From: Octopus sinensis
Lineage: Eukaryota
Reading direction: 5' to 3'
NCBI RefSeq assembly: GCF_006345805.1
Contig: NC_043005.1
Span: 101,308,001 to 101,372,000 of the forward strand
Length of the DNA stretch: 64,000 nucleotides
Every line of letters begins with the position of its first letter. Position 1 is the stretch's first letter. The translations under genes were made by a program, and so were the position numbers. The notes beneath the pieces are model-generated. The model searched no databases and was not told where the DNA came from. It saw nothing but the letters and a program-made list of their open reading frames with translations. Of the stretch, positions 1 to 13,791 are shown in pieces.

Positions 1-327
1 ACATGTTTACAAAGTCAGAAAACAGCACAGCTCCCATGACTTTCGGAAACATTTTTTCACGCTAAGAGTTGCTGAAGCATGGAACAAACTGCCGGCATCA
101 GTTGTTAGTTGTTGGAGCACTGCATCCTTCAAAACTTCCATGCTTCCTGAGATTCACCAACACTACACTTGATTTTCTCCCCTCCATACACATGCAAACA
201 TATATCTGACTCAAACACTGTGCACTTCCCAGACATTTGTACATTACTGCATACGCTTTATATGCACTTCTGACAAGTTGTGGTGCACCTGAGCACTGTA
301 TACCAGAATTTCATTATTATTATTATT
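1..327 (+). mobile_element. CR1/L2-group LINE 3' end (ORF2 C-terminus, 3' UTR, (ATT)n tail), runs off the window start
   Basis: Frame from nt 2 reads HVYKVRKQHSSHDFRKHFFTLRVAEAWNKLPASVVSCWSTASFKTS, matching the CR1-type RxxFFxxRVxxxWNxLPxxVV motif. Stop near 172; tail gtgcacctgagcactgta...ttcattattattatt. The same tail recurs near 1600, 36500 and (minus) 38110-38175. Confidence 0.8.
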
Positions 328-867
328 AAATGATTAAAGAATAACAAAGGCTGAAATTAGTGAGAATGAACAAGTGATTGAGTGGGCACGGTGGCTGCCG
401 GGGCACAAGGTGGAGTGCAACAACAACAACAACAACAACAATAGTGAAGGCAAGGACACTCCCATGCTGATGGATGAAGTGGCAGTGGCTTATTGAGGAC
501 TAACCGGTCTTGTAGGGTCAAGAGGTATGTACCCATATTGGTGATCGGCATGCAGAAGAAAGCAATGAGAACTACCGGTCCACACAATTACCCTATCAAA
601 CCATTTGAAAACACAAAAATATAGCCACTGGATTTGGTTAAAAAGAGACGATGAGCAATGGCTAGAAGAATATTGAGCTTTATTTGATAACCAGTTGATC
701 TAGCAAGCGGGGCCTCATATCAGTGATGCGCATTGATGCTGTCGAGAGGTAGGCCCTGAAATGGCACACATTCTCTCCCGATGACCCCATACACTTGCTG
801 GCTTCCGGTATGCGGAGTTTTTGACTGGTAGCATTTGCATGTGCAAGTTGTTTGCAAGACATCACAC

Positions 868-1640
868 AATAAAAAACAATGCAGCACTCATGACTTTCAG
901 AGACATTTTTTTCTTATACTCAGTTTCTTCAAAACATGAAGTAAACAACCCATTTTGGTAAGGACAGTAAATCCTCCCAAAATTTCCATCCTTCCCCAAA
1001 TTTACCAACACTCCTCTTCATGTGCCAGTGCATCTCTTCCTCTTCATGCCTGTGTTTTCTTCTCTTTTCTTTTTTGTTTTTTACTTGTTTCAGTCATTTG
1101 ACTGTGGTCATGCTGGAGCATCGCCTTCAATCGAGCAAATTGACCCCAGGACTTATTCTTTGTAAGCCTAGTGCTTATTCTATCGGTCTCTCTTGCTGAA
1201 CCGCTAAGTTACGGGGACGTAAATACACCAGCATCAGTTGTCAAGTGATGTTGGGGGGGGGGATAAACACAGACACACAAACATATACATATACACACAG
1301 ACATCTATATATATATATACGAATGGCTTCTTTCGGTTTCTGTCTACCAAATCCACTCACAAGGCTTTGGTCGGCCCAAGGCTATAGTAGAAGACACTTG
1401 CCCAAGGTGCCACGCAGTGGGATTGAACCCAGAACCATGTGGTTGGTAAGCAAGCTACTTACCACACAGCCACTCCTGCGCCTATATTGTTTATTAGTGT
1501 TTTGAATTAGTGTTTGAATTTCTATCGTTGCTGTCTTTCCTTGCTTGACTTATTGCCTCTCTCTGTCCCTACTTTCAACCTTTTTCCAACAACTCGTGTT
1601 GCACCTGAGCACTGTAAACAATAAGTTCAGAGTTATTATT
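868..1640 (+). mobile_element. Older degenerate copy of the same CR1-type 3' end, interrupted by a SINE
   Basis: aaaaacaatgcagcactcatgactttcagagacattttt resembles nt 19-57, and gttgcacctgagcactgtaaacaat at ~1598-1622 matches the tail. Confidence 0.5.
1078..1483 (-). mobile_element. tRNA-derived CORE-like SINE (family A, octopus OR-type), full length
   Basis: Minus strand has A box tggctgtgtggtaag, B box ggttcaatccc, CORE-like ccttgggcaagtgtcttc, a central (TA)/(TG) microsatellite and tail ccagcatg..cagtcaaatgactgaaacaagtaaaa. Confidence 0.9.
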
Positions 1641-2089
1641 TTAAGAACATTTTCAAATAGCAGCTGAGTAGCTGGCATAGTGTGTGTGTGTGTGTGTGTA
1701 CATCAATGAATATATGCATGTGTCGTGTGTATGTGTGTTCATGTGTGTGTATGTGTGTCAAAGTGTGTGTGTGTGTGTGTGTGAACATATGACAGGAAAA
1801 TTGGAATTTTACAATAAAGCAGTTAACAAATATGACAGTTATTTGTTGAGACATGTGGCCACTGGGCTGATAAGCAAATGGATTCAGTGAATCTTAATCT
1901 GACTGAACATAGATGGGGACACTCACGTTGGCATCTTTTTGTCTTTGGGAAGATTTCACTGCACACTTCTTTTAAAAGAATTTTTAACCGAAGGAATCAA
2001 ACCCAGTACTTTCTTTTCAAGACCGATACTCCATTCAATCAGTCTCTTTTGGCTTTGTCGAACAGCTAAGTCACAGACTAGTAAAAGCA

Positions 2090-2121
2090 GTGGTGGGTGA
2101 CAAACACAGACATATAAACAT

Positions 2122-2162
<41 letters not shown>

Positions 2163-2505
2163 TGCACACACACAGCCACACTCGACAGGCTTCTTTCAGT
2201 TTCCGTCTGCCAAATCCTCTTACAAGGCCTTGGGTGGCCCAGTGCTATAGTCGAAGACGTTCTGAGTTCAAATCATGCCGAGGTCGACTTTGCCCTTCGT
2301 CCTTTCAGGGTTGATTAAATAAGTACCAGTTATGCACTAGGGTCAATGTAATCGACTTAATCCGTTTGTTTGTCCTCCCTGTGTTTAGCCCCTTGTGGGT
2401 AGTAAAGAAATAGAAGACATTTACCCTAGGTGCCATGCTGCGTGACTGAACCCGAAAGCAAGTGGTTGGGAAGCAGGCTTCTTACCACATGGCCATGCCT
2501 GTGCT
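2090..2505 (-). mobile_element. Family A SINE split by an inserted family B SINE (2257-2412, + strand)
   Basis: Family A sequence stops at gaagac (2253-2258) and resumes at gaagac (2413-2418), a ~6 bp TSD. The insert begins acgttctgagttcaaat and ends gtgggtagtaaagaaata. Confidence 0.8.
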
Positions 2506-2681
2506 TATAGACACATCGTTAAACGATTTCAGATCAGGAATCTGGCAAAACAAATACACGAATATCTTTATAAGCATTCACATATACACATACTCTTCTA
2601 CACATATACATGTATTATATATACACTCTTACAACCTTGACCCATCCACACCACCTTCCATCTCCCTACCTCTCATAATTT

Positions 2682-3088
2682 TCTTACTCTTTTACTTGTT
2701 TCAGTCATTTAACTGTGGCCATGCTGGAGCACCGCCTTGAGTCGAACAAATCGACCCCAGGACGTATTCTTTGTAAACGAAGTACTTATTCTATCGGTCT
2801 CTTTTGCTGAACTGCTAAGTGACGGGGGACGTAAACACACCAGCATCGGTTGTCAAGCGATGTTGGGGGAACAAACACAGACACACAAACATATACACAC
2901 ACATACATATATATACATATATACGACAGGCTTCTTTCAGCTTCCGTCTACCAAATCCACTCACAAGGCTTTGGGTGGCCTGAGGCTATAGTAGAAGACA
3001 CTTACCCAAGGTGTTATGCAGTGGGACTGAACCCGGAGGTATGCGGTTCGTAAGCAAGCTACTTACCACACAGCCACTCCTATGCCTA
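2682..3088 (-). mobile_element. Family A SINE, full length
   Basis: Colinear with 1078-1483. Confidence 0.9.
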
Positions 3089-3139
3089 TATCTACAGTAT
3101 TCTACTACTACTACTACAGTATTCTACTACTACTACAAG

Positions 3140-3570
3140 TCATCCAACTTCAGATGGTGACATTATAAGGTTCCAGAATGTGATAGTTTTTTCAAGTAGC
3201 AAAAGTGAGTTGATGAATCACCAGTATTCTATCAACTGGCAGTGATCCACTAACTGGATTGGTTGACCCTAGTCTGGCCATTGGCTGAAGAGATTCTTCC
3301 CCCAGACTGTATCATATAGTTTCACTGAATCAAGATCAACATGCCTCACTTCGCATCCACCATGACTTGGCATTGACCCTGATTCAAGGATTTTCCGTCA
3401 TTGCGATTTAACCCTTCTGTATACACACTACTGGATGGATGTTGACTTTTTGTAATTCCTCCATACTTCGAAAGGTTTTGTTGGGGTGTTCAAATCACTC
3501 TCCGCACCAAGCAAGCTTGGTGGGGTTTCCAGTTCCATCACCAACAACCTGACCATGTGACAGGTTGTAC
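3140..3570 (-). mobile_element. Probable RTE-type LINE 5' UTR and start of the APE endonuclease, degenerate
   Basis: Minus strand near 3200 resembles the APE N-terminal ..TxNV motif only when a frameshift is allowed. caagcaagcttggtggggtttccag is related to 54360-54410 and 55970-56020. Confidence 0.35.
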
Positions 3571-3891
3571 TAAGTTACATATTATCAGTAGCACCTAAGA
3601 GTGATCTAGCATTATAGTTATTATCATTCTGCAGCTCTTCACCCTCTCCATACCCCAGCCATTATCACTCCTTTGAAATCTATCCTCCATTCTTATCACC
3701 TTTCCCCAACTCATATTTACCATCAACCACCACTCCCAACATTCATGGGGTACCATCTATAACCATCTTTCACTCTTCTTCACACTCTTGCAATCTCTGC
3801 CAATCCATTCTTGCAGTCTCTGTCCACCCACACTTTTTGATTTAGTCCCACACCCGCCTTCTTGTATCTCGGAGGTGGGTACTCTATGACA

Positions 3892-4478
3892 TAAGGTGGC
3901 GAGTTGGCAGAACCGTTAGTATGCCGGGCAAAATACTTAGCGGTATTTCATCTGTCTTTACATTCTGGGTTCAAATTGTATATTGAAGTAAGCTTGCTGT
4001 ACATTACCAATGAGGAATATGATGACTGTTGGTGTGCTATTTCTTTATTGCCCACAAGGGGCTAGAGGAAACAAACAAGGACAGACGGATTAAGTCAATT
4101 ACATTGACCCCAGTGCATAACTGGCTCTTATTTAATCGACCCTGAAAGGATGAAAGGCAAAGTCAAACTCGGTGGAATTTGAACTCAGAACATAGCAGCA
4201 GACGAAATACTGCTAAGCATTTCGCCCGGCGTGCTAACGTTTCTTATTTCTTTATTGCCTACAAGGGGCTAAACATAAAAGGGACAAACAAGGGCAGATA
4301 AAAGGATTGAGTCGATTACATTGATCCCAGTGCGTAACTGGTACCTAATTTATCGACCCCGGAAGGATGAAAGGCAAAGTCGAATTTGGAGGAATTTGAA
4401 CTCAGAATGTAACGGCAGACGAAATATGGCTACGCATTTCGCCCAGCATGCTAACGTTTTTGCCAGCTCACTGCCGTT
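3892..4478. mobile_element. Cluster of family B tRNA-SINEs: + strand head (3892-3980) and two tandem minus-strand copies (4037-4245, 4243-4478)
   Basis: Head ggtggcgagttggcagaa..gttag, B box gagttcaaatt and tail ccccttgtgggcaataaagaaata. Further copies at 22224-22435 and 31396-31595. Confidence 0.8.
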
Positions 4479-5164
4479 AACTGTTGGTGTGCTAAGTCCA
4501 GAGTTTAACACAGCATGAACACCTGATGAAGTGAGATTGTAATAAACAGGCTATTCATAGTTAAAACAACACAATTCACGTGTTTATAACTGACATCAAT
4601 GTCACATATTGTAATGTCTGAGGAAGGTAAACACTTTTGTTGCAGAAATGGAAATCAATATGATGATGAAGTGTTGTTGAGTAAAGAAATTAGGATATCT
4701 GCCGGTGCCATTGGATGGAGAAACTATAAATAGGAATAGAAGTGAGTTGCGAAAACATCAGCGGCAGGTTTACAGTGGCTGCACAAATAAAGGACATCCT
4801 GGCGTGAGGATGGCTAGCATGGAGAGAAGAAGGATAGGAATGACAGAAAGAGTGCAAGGTCGGTTCTTTTGTAAATACGTTTCAGTATCAGAATTGGTAA
4901 ATATAGAACAGTGAGAGAGGTGGGAGGAGAGAATGTGAGAGAGAGAGAGAGGGAAGATGTAACAGAGAGTGTGATTGAATCTGTGAGAGGAAGAGAGGGG
5001 GGAGACAGGGTGTGGATGACTAGGTGTGAAAATGCTGAAAAGGCGGGGGTGGGAGGCAGAGAGAAAGTGAGAGGAAGAGAATGTGAGAGAGGTATGGCAA
5101 GCTGGAAACAGAGAGAGTGAAAGAGAGTGATAGATAGAGTGATAGAGAGAGAAATGAGGGAGAG

Positions 5165-5275
5165 AGAGAGGGGGAGATTATAAGGTGTAGAGAGAGGGAG
5201 ATTACAAGGTATAGAGAGGGGGAGATTACAAGGTATAGAGAGGGGGAGATTACAAGGTATAGAGAGGGGGAGAGA
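5165..5275. repeat. 24-bp minisatellite (gggggagattacaaggtatagaga) x~4.5 within a GA-rich purine tract (4911-5520)
   Basis: Unit visible directly; it also gives the PLSIPCNL repeat in spurious ORF 4814-5479. Confidence 0.9.
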
Positions 5276-7863
5276 ATTTATAAGATAGGGAGACTTTGAG
5301 ACAGAGAGGGGGGGAAAGAGTATAGAAACAAAGAGAGGAGTAAGAAAAGAAAAAGAAACATGATGAAGAAAATACATTAAGTGGGGAGAAAAAGAAAGAT
5401 GGGAAGAAAGAAAGAAAGAAAGAGAAAAAGAGCAGGAGAGAAGGAGGGGCGGGGAGAGGATATTGTGTAATGGAAGCAAACTTTCAGTAAAAATACAAAA
5501 GAAATTAAAGAAATATAAAGTAATCCTTAGTGACTATAATTGGAAGGAGATGCAATGAGGTGAAGAGACATTTCAATAAAGAATAGGAAATACTGAATGG
5601 AAGAAATCCAATCGTATGAGAAGACATTTAAAGTGGGAAAAAAGAGGTGTATAGAAATATATATATATATATACGTATGATTGTATATACTGATTGTACG
5701 ACTGTAAAATAGTGAAGTAAATTTATTGACTAATTTCATTTTCAAGCAATAAACCTAAGAATGGAATTAATTCTGAGAATATAAATAAACTAGATATGAG
5801 TGTGAGTATGTATATGTGTGTGTGTGTGGTTATATTTTGCAAAATGTTTTTAAATTTTATATTTTCTAATATTTCTTACTTTAGAAAGTTATAGCAAACT
5901 TCAATGTAACATTTTTAGATCATTATTTATTGAAACTATCTCAGTCACAATCAATTGAACGGTTTTTTTTTTTTTTTTTTTTGCAAAAAGCGAAGGAAAA
6001 AAAGCACAGAAGAGAAATTGTATTTTTTTCATTTCAAAATTAATTATTTTACATTACTAATTCAAATTTAAATCAATAAAATGCTATTTGGGAGAGGAAA
6101 AAAATTTCTCGAAATAGAATTGCTGTTTAACATTGTTTTCCTCAAGGCCTGTTGTAGTTCAACAATGTAATATTGATAGGATCATCATTTGTCTTAATTA
6201 AATTAGGGCTTGAAATATTTGCTAATCATTAGAAATAATCAACCAATAAATCAGTAAAATAAAGGATATTTACAAGGATAATAATGAAATCCATTGAATC
6301 CTGATATTAACTGGATTAGAAAAAAATAGTGTCATGTCTTTATTGGAAATGTGTAAAACCTAATCAACCGTTTACGGCCAACTCCAAATTACATATTCAC
6401 AGCTGCGTGTGTGTGTGTATTAGTTACTTGTAGGGACATTGTACTCATTCTGTGACCATAATATACTACCAAGCATCATCATCATCATCATCATTTAAAG
6501 TCCGTTTTCCATGCTGGCATGGGTTCGATGGCTTGACGGAAGGTGAGCAGCTGAAGGGCTGCTCAGGTTTCCTTGTCTGTTCTGGCATGGTTTTTACGGC
6601 TAGATATACCCTTCCTCATGCTAACCACTTTACAGAGTGTGCTGGGTGGGTTTACATGGCACCAGCACCTACGAGCCCGCAAGAGGGTCGCAGGGGTAAG
6701 CCTGTATGCAAGGGCAACCAAATAATTTTTTAAGGTTATCCCTTTTTACTCTTTTACGTGTTTCAGTCATTTGACTGTGGCCTAGAATAAGTACTAGGCT
6801 TACAAAGAATAAGGGCGACTAAAGGTGGTGCTCCAGCATGGCCATAGTCAAATGACTGAAATGAGTAAAAGAGTAAAAAGAGAGTAAAGCTAAAGAGATT
6901 TATTTTCTTTGTCTGACAAGAAATTTTATCAGAAACATCAGAAATTTCTTCTCCTAAATGACATCTGAATTTACCAAAATGAAATTCCTTACCAACAAAA
7001 GCTTTTACTGATGCCGGCCTCTGCTAACTTTGGAAGAGTCTGCTTTGTTGAAAGCATTCAGTTCAGATTGAAAGTCCAACGGAAAGCTATGGGTTATGGT
7101 TTCCTTCTCCCTTTCGGCTACCATTCATAGGCCCTCTCTTTCCTCCCTTTCACCCGCAAGTCATGGAAGCCCTATAAAAGAGGACCCCTCCACTTCTACA
7201 TTTGACTAAGCATACAGTTGAAGTGATTCCCAATAGTTAGTTGGGGTTTATTTTTATTAAATGATAATCATCACTGCCACTGTCATCGTCATCACCCCCA
7301 TCATCATTTCAATGTCTGCTTCCAGTGTCTGCATAGACAGAGATTTATTGAGGCAAATTTCCTATGTCCAGATGTTCTTCCTGCTGCCAGACTTCACCTG
7401 TTTCCAAGCAAAACAATATTTCCACACAGCCAGACATGATATGGCAGAATATTGGAAAGGACACACTGCTTGTATGACAGTGACACTTATTTACGACTAT
7501 CACATACTGTTAAGCCAAGGAAACACAACACACACACACACACGCCATGTGTGTGTGTGTGTGTGTGTAAGATAAGACAGTGTGCGAAATTGCTACAATC
7601 GTTTGAACAACAACTGAAGAGGATGTAACAACATTCTATGTGTGTATGTTCTTTTGTTACATGTGTTTGTACTTCTATATATGTGTGTGGGTGTATATAT
7701 ATGTATATATATATTTTTTTTTTCCTTTTTTGGAGGTTATGAGAGGTAATGGTGTCATTGAGACCCAAAGGTGTCAGGTAATATTGAATAAGTGCTAAAT
7801 GTTCTAAAATCTACACACCGTTGGTTTTTTTTATTTCATTACGAAAAAAACAATTTATATATG

Positions 7864-7896
<33 letters not shown>

Positions 7897-8105
7897 ATGT
7901 ATATATGTGTGTGTATATATATGTATAGGTATATATATGTATAGGTATATATATGTATGTATATATGCATGTATGTGTATATATATATATAGAAAGGAAT
8001 CCTAAAAATGGGACAAGAACATCATTTACCTGTCTGGATGTTTTGCATTCTCATCCCATTTCTTGTATTCCTATTATATACATATGGTGGCATACGTGCA
8101 CTTTG

Positions 8106-8149
<44 letters not shown>

Positions 8150-8153
8150 TTTG

Positions 8154-8188
<35 letters not shown>

Positions 8189-8189
<1 letters not shown>

Positions 8190-8478
8190 TGGCACTCTGT
8201 CGCTTACGATGACAAGGGTTCCAGTTGATCCAATCAACCGAACAGCTTGCTCAAGAGAATAAAGTGCAAGTGGTTGAGTACTCCACAGATACACATACTC
8301 CTTCACATACCTCTCAGGGAGATTCAGCGTGACAGAGAGGGTGACAAGGCTGGCCCTTTTGAAATACAGATGCTACTCATTTTTGTCAGCTAAGTGGACT
8401 GAAGCAAAGGGAAATAAAGTGTCTTGCTCAAGGACACAACATGCCACTGGGAACCTCACTCTAAACACTAAGCCATGT
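8189..8478 (-). mobile_element. tRNA-derived SINE family D
   Basis: Minus strand has catggcttagtg..gttgtgtccttgagcaagacactttatttc and is homologous to 33418-33741. Confidence 0.75.
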
Positions 8479-8721
8479 ACACACACATACACACACACGC
8501 ATGCACACACACATATACAAGGGCTTCTTTCAGTTTCCCCCCTACCAAATCCTTTCACAAGGCTTTTGATCTACTCGAAGCTATTGTATTGTAGAAGACA
8601 GTTGTTCAAGGTGTCACAAAGTGGGACTGAACCTGGAACCACATGGCTAGGAATCAAACTCCTTACCACACAGCCATACCAGCTTATTTGTATAAATGGG
8701 GTCTACAAATATTAGAATTAA

Positions 8722-8922
8722 CCCTTTAGAGTTTAGAGTACTTTTATTCCCATTGCTTTGAATTAATTGTGTATTATCTTGCAGCTTTGAGATTTCAATG
8801 ATGTGATTGTTTATTTTTAGAATGACATTGTAGGTTAGGTGCAAGAGACCAGATATGGTGAGTTTGAAGATAAAATCAGTAGAATATTTGGGCTGGATAC
8901 GGCTGGTTTAAATGCTAAAGGA
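8722..8922. mobile_element. piggyBac-like MITE
   Basis: TTAA-ccctttag ... ctaaagga-TTAA. Related copies at ~16852-17046 and 44086-44307 (opposite orientation). Confidence 0.7.
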
Positions 8923-9099
8923 TTAAATTAACAGCACTACATCATGTTGCAATCCCAACATGATGTACTGCTGTTAGTTATTTTAAATAATGGTGATTTA
9001 GTTAAAACAGATTACAATATTAAGCTTAGGGTTGGCTGATAATATGATAGACTAACAACACAAAAGAACAGAATTATAGGTAAACTAAATACACAGTTA

Positions 9100-9130
9100 C
9101 CTATATATATATAAAACTGAGGAGGTGTGT

Positions 9131-9212
<82 letters not shown>

Positions 9213-9960
9213 TGTGTGTGCGAACCTGCAGAACTTCTGAAATTCGCAACTGATTTTCTTCAAACTGGGAACATGCATTACTTATGTTTCAGAGATGGTT
9301 TTAGACTCTTAAAATTTTTTTACAATGATTAATGGGGTCCCTGGGGACAGAAAACCCTCTTTCCTTGGGTATGTACAACTGCCCGCATACTCTACGCATT
9401 GCTTCTATTCAGACTGAAAAAAACAGCTATGTTATATGAAGGTTGCTATTACAGATGAACTGATGTAAACTTCAAACTGCGTTGTCTAGGCGTTGACAAT
9501 AATAGCCTGTTCCCGTAGTATCATAGAGCCATGGCTATTGATTCCAGAGTGAAATATCGCATGACAGTGTTGTGTGCAAGTGCTTCCTTGCCAATCACCC
9601 CCTTACCATATTATTTCTTTCGTGTGGTGCTGAGGAGTGTGCCCACAGGCTTCATTTACCACATAGATGTGGGTCCTGTGTCTGCTGATTGTTATGCATG
9701 GTAGTGGCAGCATCAAGTGCTGCAAAACAGAGTATATCCACTGCGAGCTTTTTGATGCATTCAAAAATTACATCCCCCCACTTTTCCGTTACAAGGTTAG
9801 ATGCATGACATGTCACTTAGTTGAATTAGCCCTTCATTTACTCCTCAACTGGTTTGTCGCCAATGCTGCACTTCCCTATACAATATGCTTCAACTTAACT
9901 GTACCTATATATAAAAACTATGCCATTTAAATCCCTAGCAACACCGGGTATCTCTGCTAG
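9100..9960 (+). mobile_element. Non-autonomous Helitron-like element, degenerate
   Basis: 5' cctatatatatataaaactgagg followed by (GT)n. The 3' end ccctagcaacaccgggtatctctgCTAG has a subterminal hairpin plus CTRR and matches the ends of 47083-47478. Confidence 0.6.
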
Positions 9961-10927
9961 CACAAAATATGATAAAAGATTACGCAGAGGGGGAAATATA
10001 TGGAAATACATAGTGCACCATTTGACAGAACATGGAGGTAGGCACCCATCCATCAACACTTCACAGTTGAGTACTTAAGCAATAGAGAGATCACCCAACT
10101 GGAAATCAATCACCAACTTGGACAGTTCAAGCAAAAATCAAGTAAAAAATATCTAAGCAGATTCAGTCATGGAGAAACTAATGTAAGCAGTTTTTTTAAA
10201 TGTCACAAAAGCAAATTTACAAAATGAAAGAAATATAGAAATAAAAAACAAAAAAGATAAAAAAAAAACAAGTTAAAATTTTTGTTCTGAATATAAATTA
10301 ACATATCTAATATAAAATGGGGACTGTGGAATCAAAAACAACAACATTTATAATGGGTTCCACTCGACTAGACATAATGACCCTAAAGATTAGGGGAGAT
10401 GAGTGGAGGGGGTATTTCCTGCCTTTGTTAGCATCTTTTGTCTTTTATCTTGTTTCGGTCATTAGACTGTGGCCATGCTGGGGCATTGTGTTGAAGAATT
10501 TTAGGTCGGATGAATCAACCCCAGTACATATATTTTTGTTGTTTGTTTTTTTTTCTAAGCCTGGTACTTATTGTATTGGCCTCTTTTTGCTGGACTGCTA
10601 ATTTACAGGGACATAAACAAACCATCACCAGTTGTCAGGTGGGGACAGAGGACAAAAATTGTTTTTTTGTAATAAATAAATAGACATAATATAATGTCTA
10701 AAAGTTGATGAATACCACCTCTTCATCTCCTCCATTTTCTTATAGCCGTATAAATTAAGGGTAAAACAACTTTTTACCCTCACCCATTTATTACATTCAG
10801 TAGTGTAAGTGCCATGCAAATAAAAAAACACTTGTGTATTAATAATTGGGTATTCTAGCAGCAGTATATTGGATAGATATTATCCCTTAGTTGGTTGGAT
10901 TCACAACCTCTAACTCTCTTGGAATAT

Positions 10928-11027
<100 letters not shown>

Positions 11028-11455
11028 GTACATACGACAGGCATCTTTCAGTTTCCACCTACCAAATCTACTCACAAGGCTTTGGTTAACCCGAGGCTAT
11101 AATAGTAGACATTTTCCAAGTTGCCTTGCGCTGGGACTGAACCTGGAAGCATGTAGTTGGGAGGCAAATTTCTCAACCACACAGCCATAATCATTAAAAA
11201 AAAACAAAAAAAAACTCAAAGGTTTAAACTGCATTACACAGTCTACTCATCTCAATCGAACTTTTTGATCTATTTGACACAACACAAACGAAAACAATAT
11301 CACGTTTCATAAGTTTACCTCAAATATTGATGTTACTGATGCAGTTATTTGGTTTTAAACATTTGAACACTATCTTACAAAATCCCTATTCAGAAATTTG
11401 TCCCTTTTTGCAATATGAAAAGCATGTTTACAACAGTATAAAACATGATAAATAC

Positions 11456-11640
11456 ATAAGTCGCCATGATAGATCGTTAGCCACTACACACATTTTTTCC
11501 TCTCTTTGTTTCTTTCTGTGGAAGAGCGTAGGCTCGAAACATTAAAGACTTTTTCAATTCCCGAGCATTATACTAATACATCTGTTTGTTTTCTACACCA
11601 CCTGTCTTTGTCTTTTGTTTTTTTCGTGAATTCTCCCCCT
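11456..11640 (+). mobile_element. Short Penelope-like repeat with HHR-like motif
   Basis: tcttt-CTGTGGA-a-gagc(gtag)gctc-GAAA-ca-TT-aaaga at 11511-11548. Homologous to 47561-47762 and abuts (TA)n. Confidence 0.55.
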
Positions 11641-11668
11641 ATATATTTATGCATGTATGTATAAAATG

Positions 11669-11704
<36 letters not shown>

Positions 11705-11750
11705 ATGTATATGGATGGAGGAATAGATGCATATGAATGTATGTATGTAT

Positions 11751-12412
11751 ATGAAGCTAGCATGCTTCGCTGGATGTGCAATGTCAGTGTGAATGTATGA
11801 CAGAGTGTAAGCATCTTGAGAGAAAATTTGGGTATAAGAGGCATCAGATGTGGTGTGCAAGAGAGACAACTGCACTGGTATGGCCATGTGATGCATATGG
11901 CTGAGGACAGCTGTGTAAAGAAGTGCCAATCTCTAACTGCTATGGATGGAACATGTAGGAAGAGGTAGACCCAGGAAGACATGGGATGAGGTGGTGAAGC
12001 ATAATCTTTGAACATTCGGCCTCATGGAGGCAATGACTAGTGACCAAGACCTTTGGTAATATGTCGTGCTTCAGAAGACCTGTCATGTCGAGTGAAATTG
12101 TTGTTATGGCCGATGTTTGTGTCATGTTACTGGCACTCAGTGCCATGTAGGAGCACCTTTCGTGTGTTGGGCCTCGTGGAGGCAATGTGGCCAGTGCTGG
12201 TGCCACGTAACTAGCACCTGTGTTCGTGGCATGTAAAAAGCACCTTTAGAGCATTGGGCATCACAGAGGCAATGTGGGTGGTGCTAGTGTTGTGTAACTA
12301 GTACTCATGCCAGTGGCACATTAAAAGAATCTTTTGACTGTTGGGGCTTGAAGAGGCAGAGACAAATGACTGAGACCTCCAGCAGTATGCTGTGCTTGAG
12401 AATAGATCCATC
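11751..12412 (+). mobile_element. RTE-clade LINE 3' fragment (ORF2 C-terminus plus repetitive 3' UTR)
   Basis: EASMLRWMCNVSV..LGIRGIRCGVQERQLHWYGHVMHM..RGRPRKTWDEVVK, with stops. Followed by ggtgccacgtaa..agcacc repeats. Confidence 0.85.
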
Positions 12413-12901
12413 AAGAGAGAGAGAGAAAGAGAGAGAGAGAGAAAGAGACTGTTTAATGTTAACTGTGTAAATAATTTTACTGTCAACAGGAAAGAAGGCA
12501 TGAGAGAAGTGCCTGGGAGATGGTAAATAACTCACTTTTACATATAATCATATACACGCACACACACATATATTTGTAAGTTCATTGACCTGTCACTTAT
12601 GTATGTTCCTGTGCGTATACGATAGTTACACATACACATACACACACATGCACATACACATACATGCATGTGCACACACACAAAATAACTTTACTGGTCT
12701 GGCTCATTCAAGTCTGAATAAACCTCCCACTTAATGAAACTTCCACATCACTATCCAAAAAATGATAATAAACATTAAACTATGTGTATTAAGTTCTTAA
12801 TTCAATTAATATTTACTATATTGATACATATAGAAATACTTGTGTTTGACGACACACATTTGCATATAACATTACAAGTATATATATAAACATATATATT
12901 C

Positions 12902-12936
<35 letters not shown>

Positions 12937-13791
12937 AATACCTATATAAGTCAATGAACTTATTTAGTTGTTAATGTTATTAAAGAGTAACAATAGTTTG
13001 TTTTTAATTTCATATATGTGTTTAATTTTACGATGCAGTATTTATTTGGAAACATTAATGAGAAATTGTAAAAAAAAGAAAAACTCAAACATAAAATAAT
13101 AGATACACAAACAAAAACCAAAATTGAAGTAATTACTTTGCTGAAATTAACAGTAAAATGGTGTTTAATGAATTATGTGAAGCTGTTATGAGAAGCCAGA
13201 AGTAAATTTGGTTGTGTTGTATTCTGTGGTCGTCTTTCTTCATTCTTCTCCTCCTTGGCATCAAATATTTCTACTACCTCTCTACTAAGATCAAGACAAC
13301 ATGAACCAAATGGTGAGATTCCGGTTATGGTTTATGAAAGATTTCCTTGACCAGATTGGTAGAATTTTGTGACTTGATTTAGACTAGAGTCTCATGATAT
13401 ATCAAAGGGTGTTATGGATATGGGGTTAGCAATGTGATGGAAATATAGACAAAAAGAACCCTCATTACAAGTTTAATGTCCACTTTCCAAAGTCGGATGG
13501 AATTTATTTAGATAGATTTTCTATGGCAGGATGCTCTTTCAGTCACTGATGCTCACCTGTTTCAAACTAAGGTAATATTTGCCCCATGACCAGATGTGTT
13601 TTTATAGAGTACTGGAAACAAAGGACACCACTTTCATGATGTGATGCCAAGGCAAGGAAACAACAACACATACACACATACAGACTATAGACTTCTGCCA
13701 AGTCCACTCATAAGACTTTGGTCTGCCCAGCTGACCAAAGCTGGCAGCAGTGGGACTGAACCTAGATCCATGAGGTTAGAAGGCAAACTTC

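Noticed and set aside
1245-1505. Recurrent small ORFs such as ASFSFRLPNPLTRLWSA / DGLLSVSVYQIHSQGFG
   Set aside because: Antisense translations of the family A SINE, not a gene family.
4515-4560. ctgatgaag motif as a hammerhead (also ctgaaga at 56680)
   Set aside because: No correctly placed GAAA or stem II.
4814-5479. 221-aa Leu/Ser/Pro-rich ORF
   Set aside because: Antisense of a GA-rich low-complexity tract and minisatellite.
7165-7190. TATAAAAG box
   Set aside because: Isolated motif with no associated gene, LTR termini or other support.
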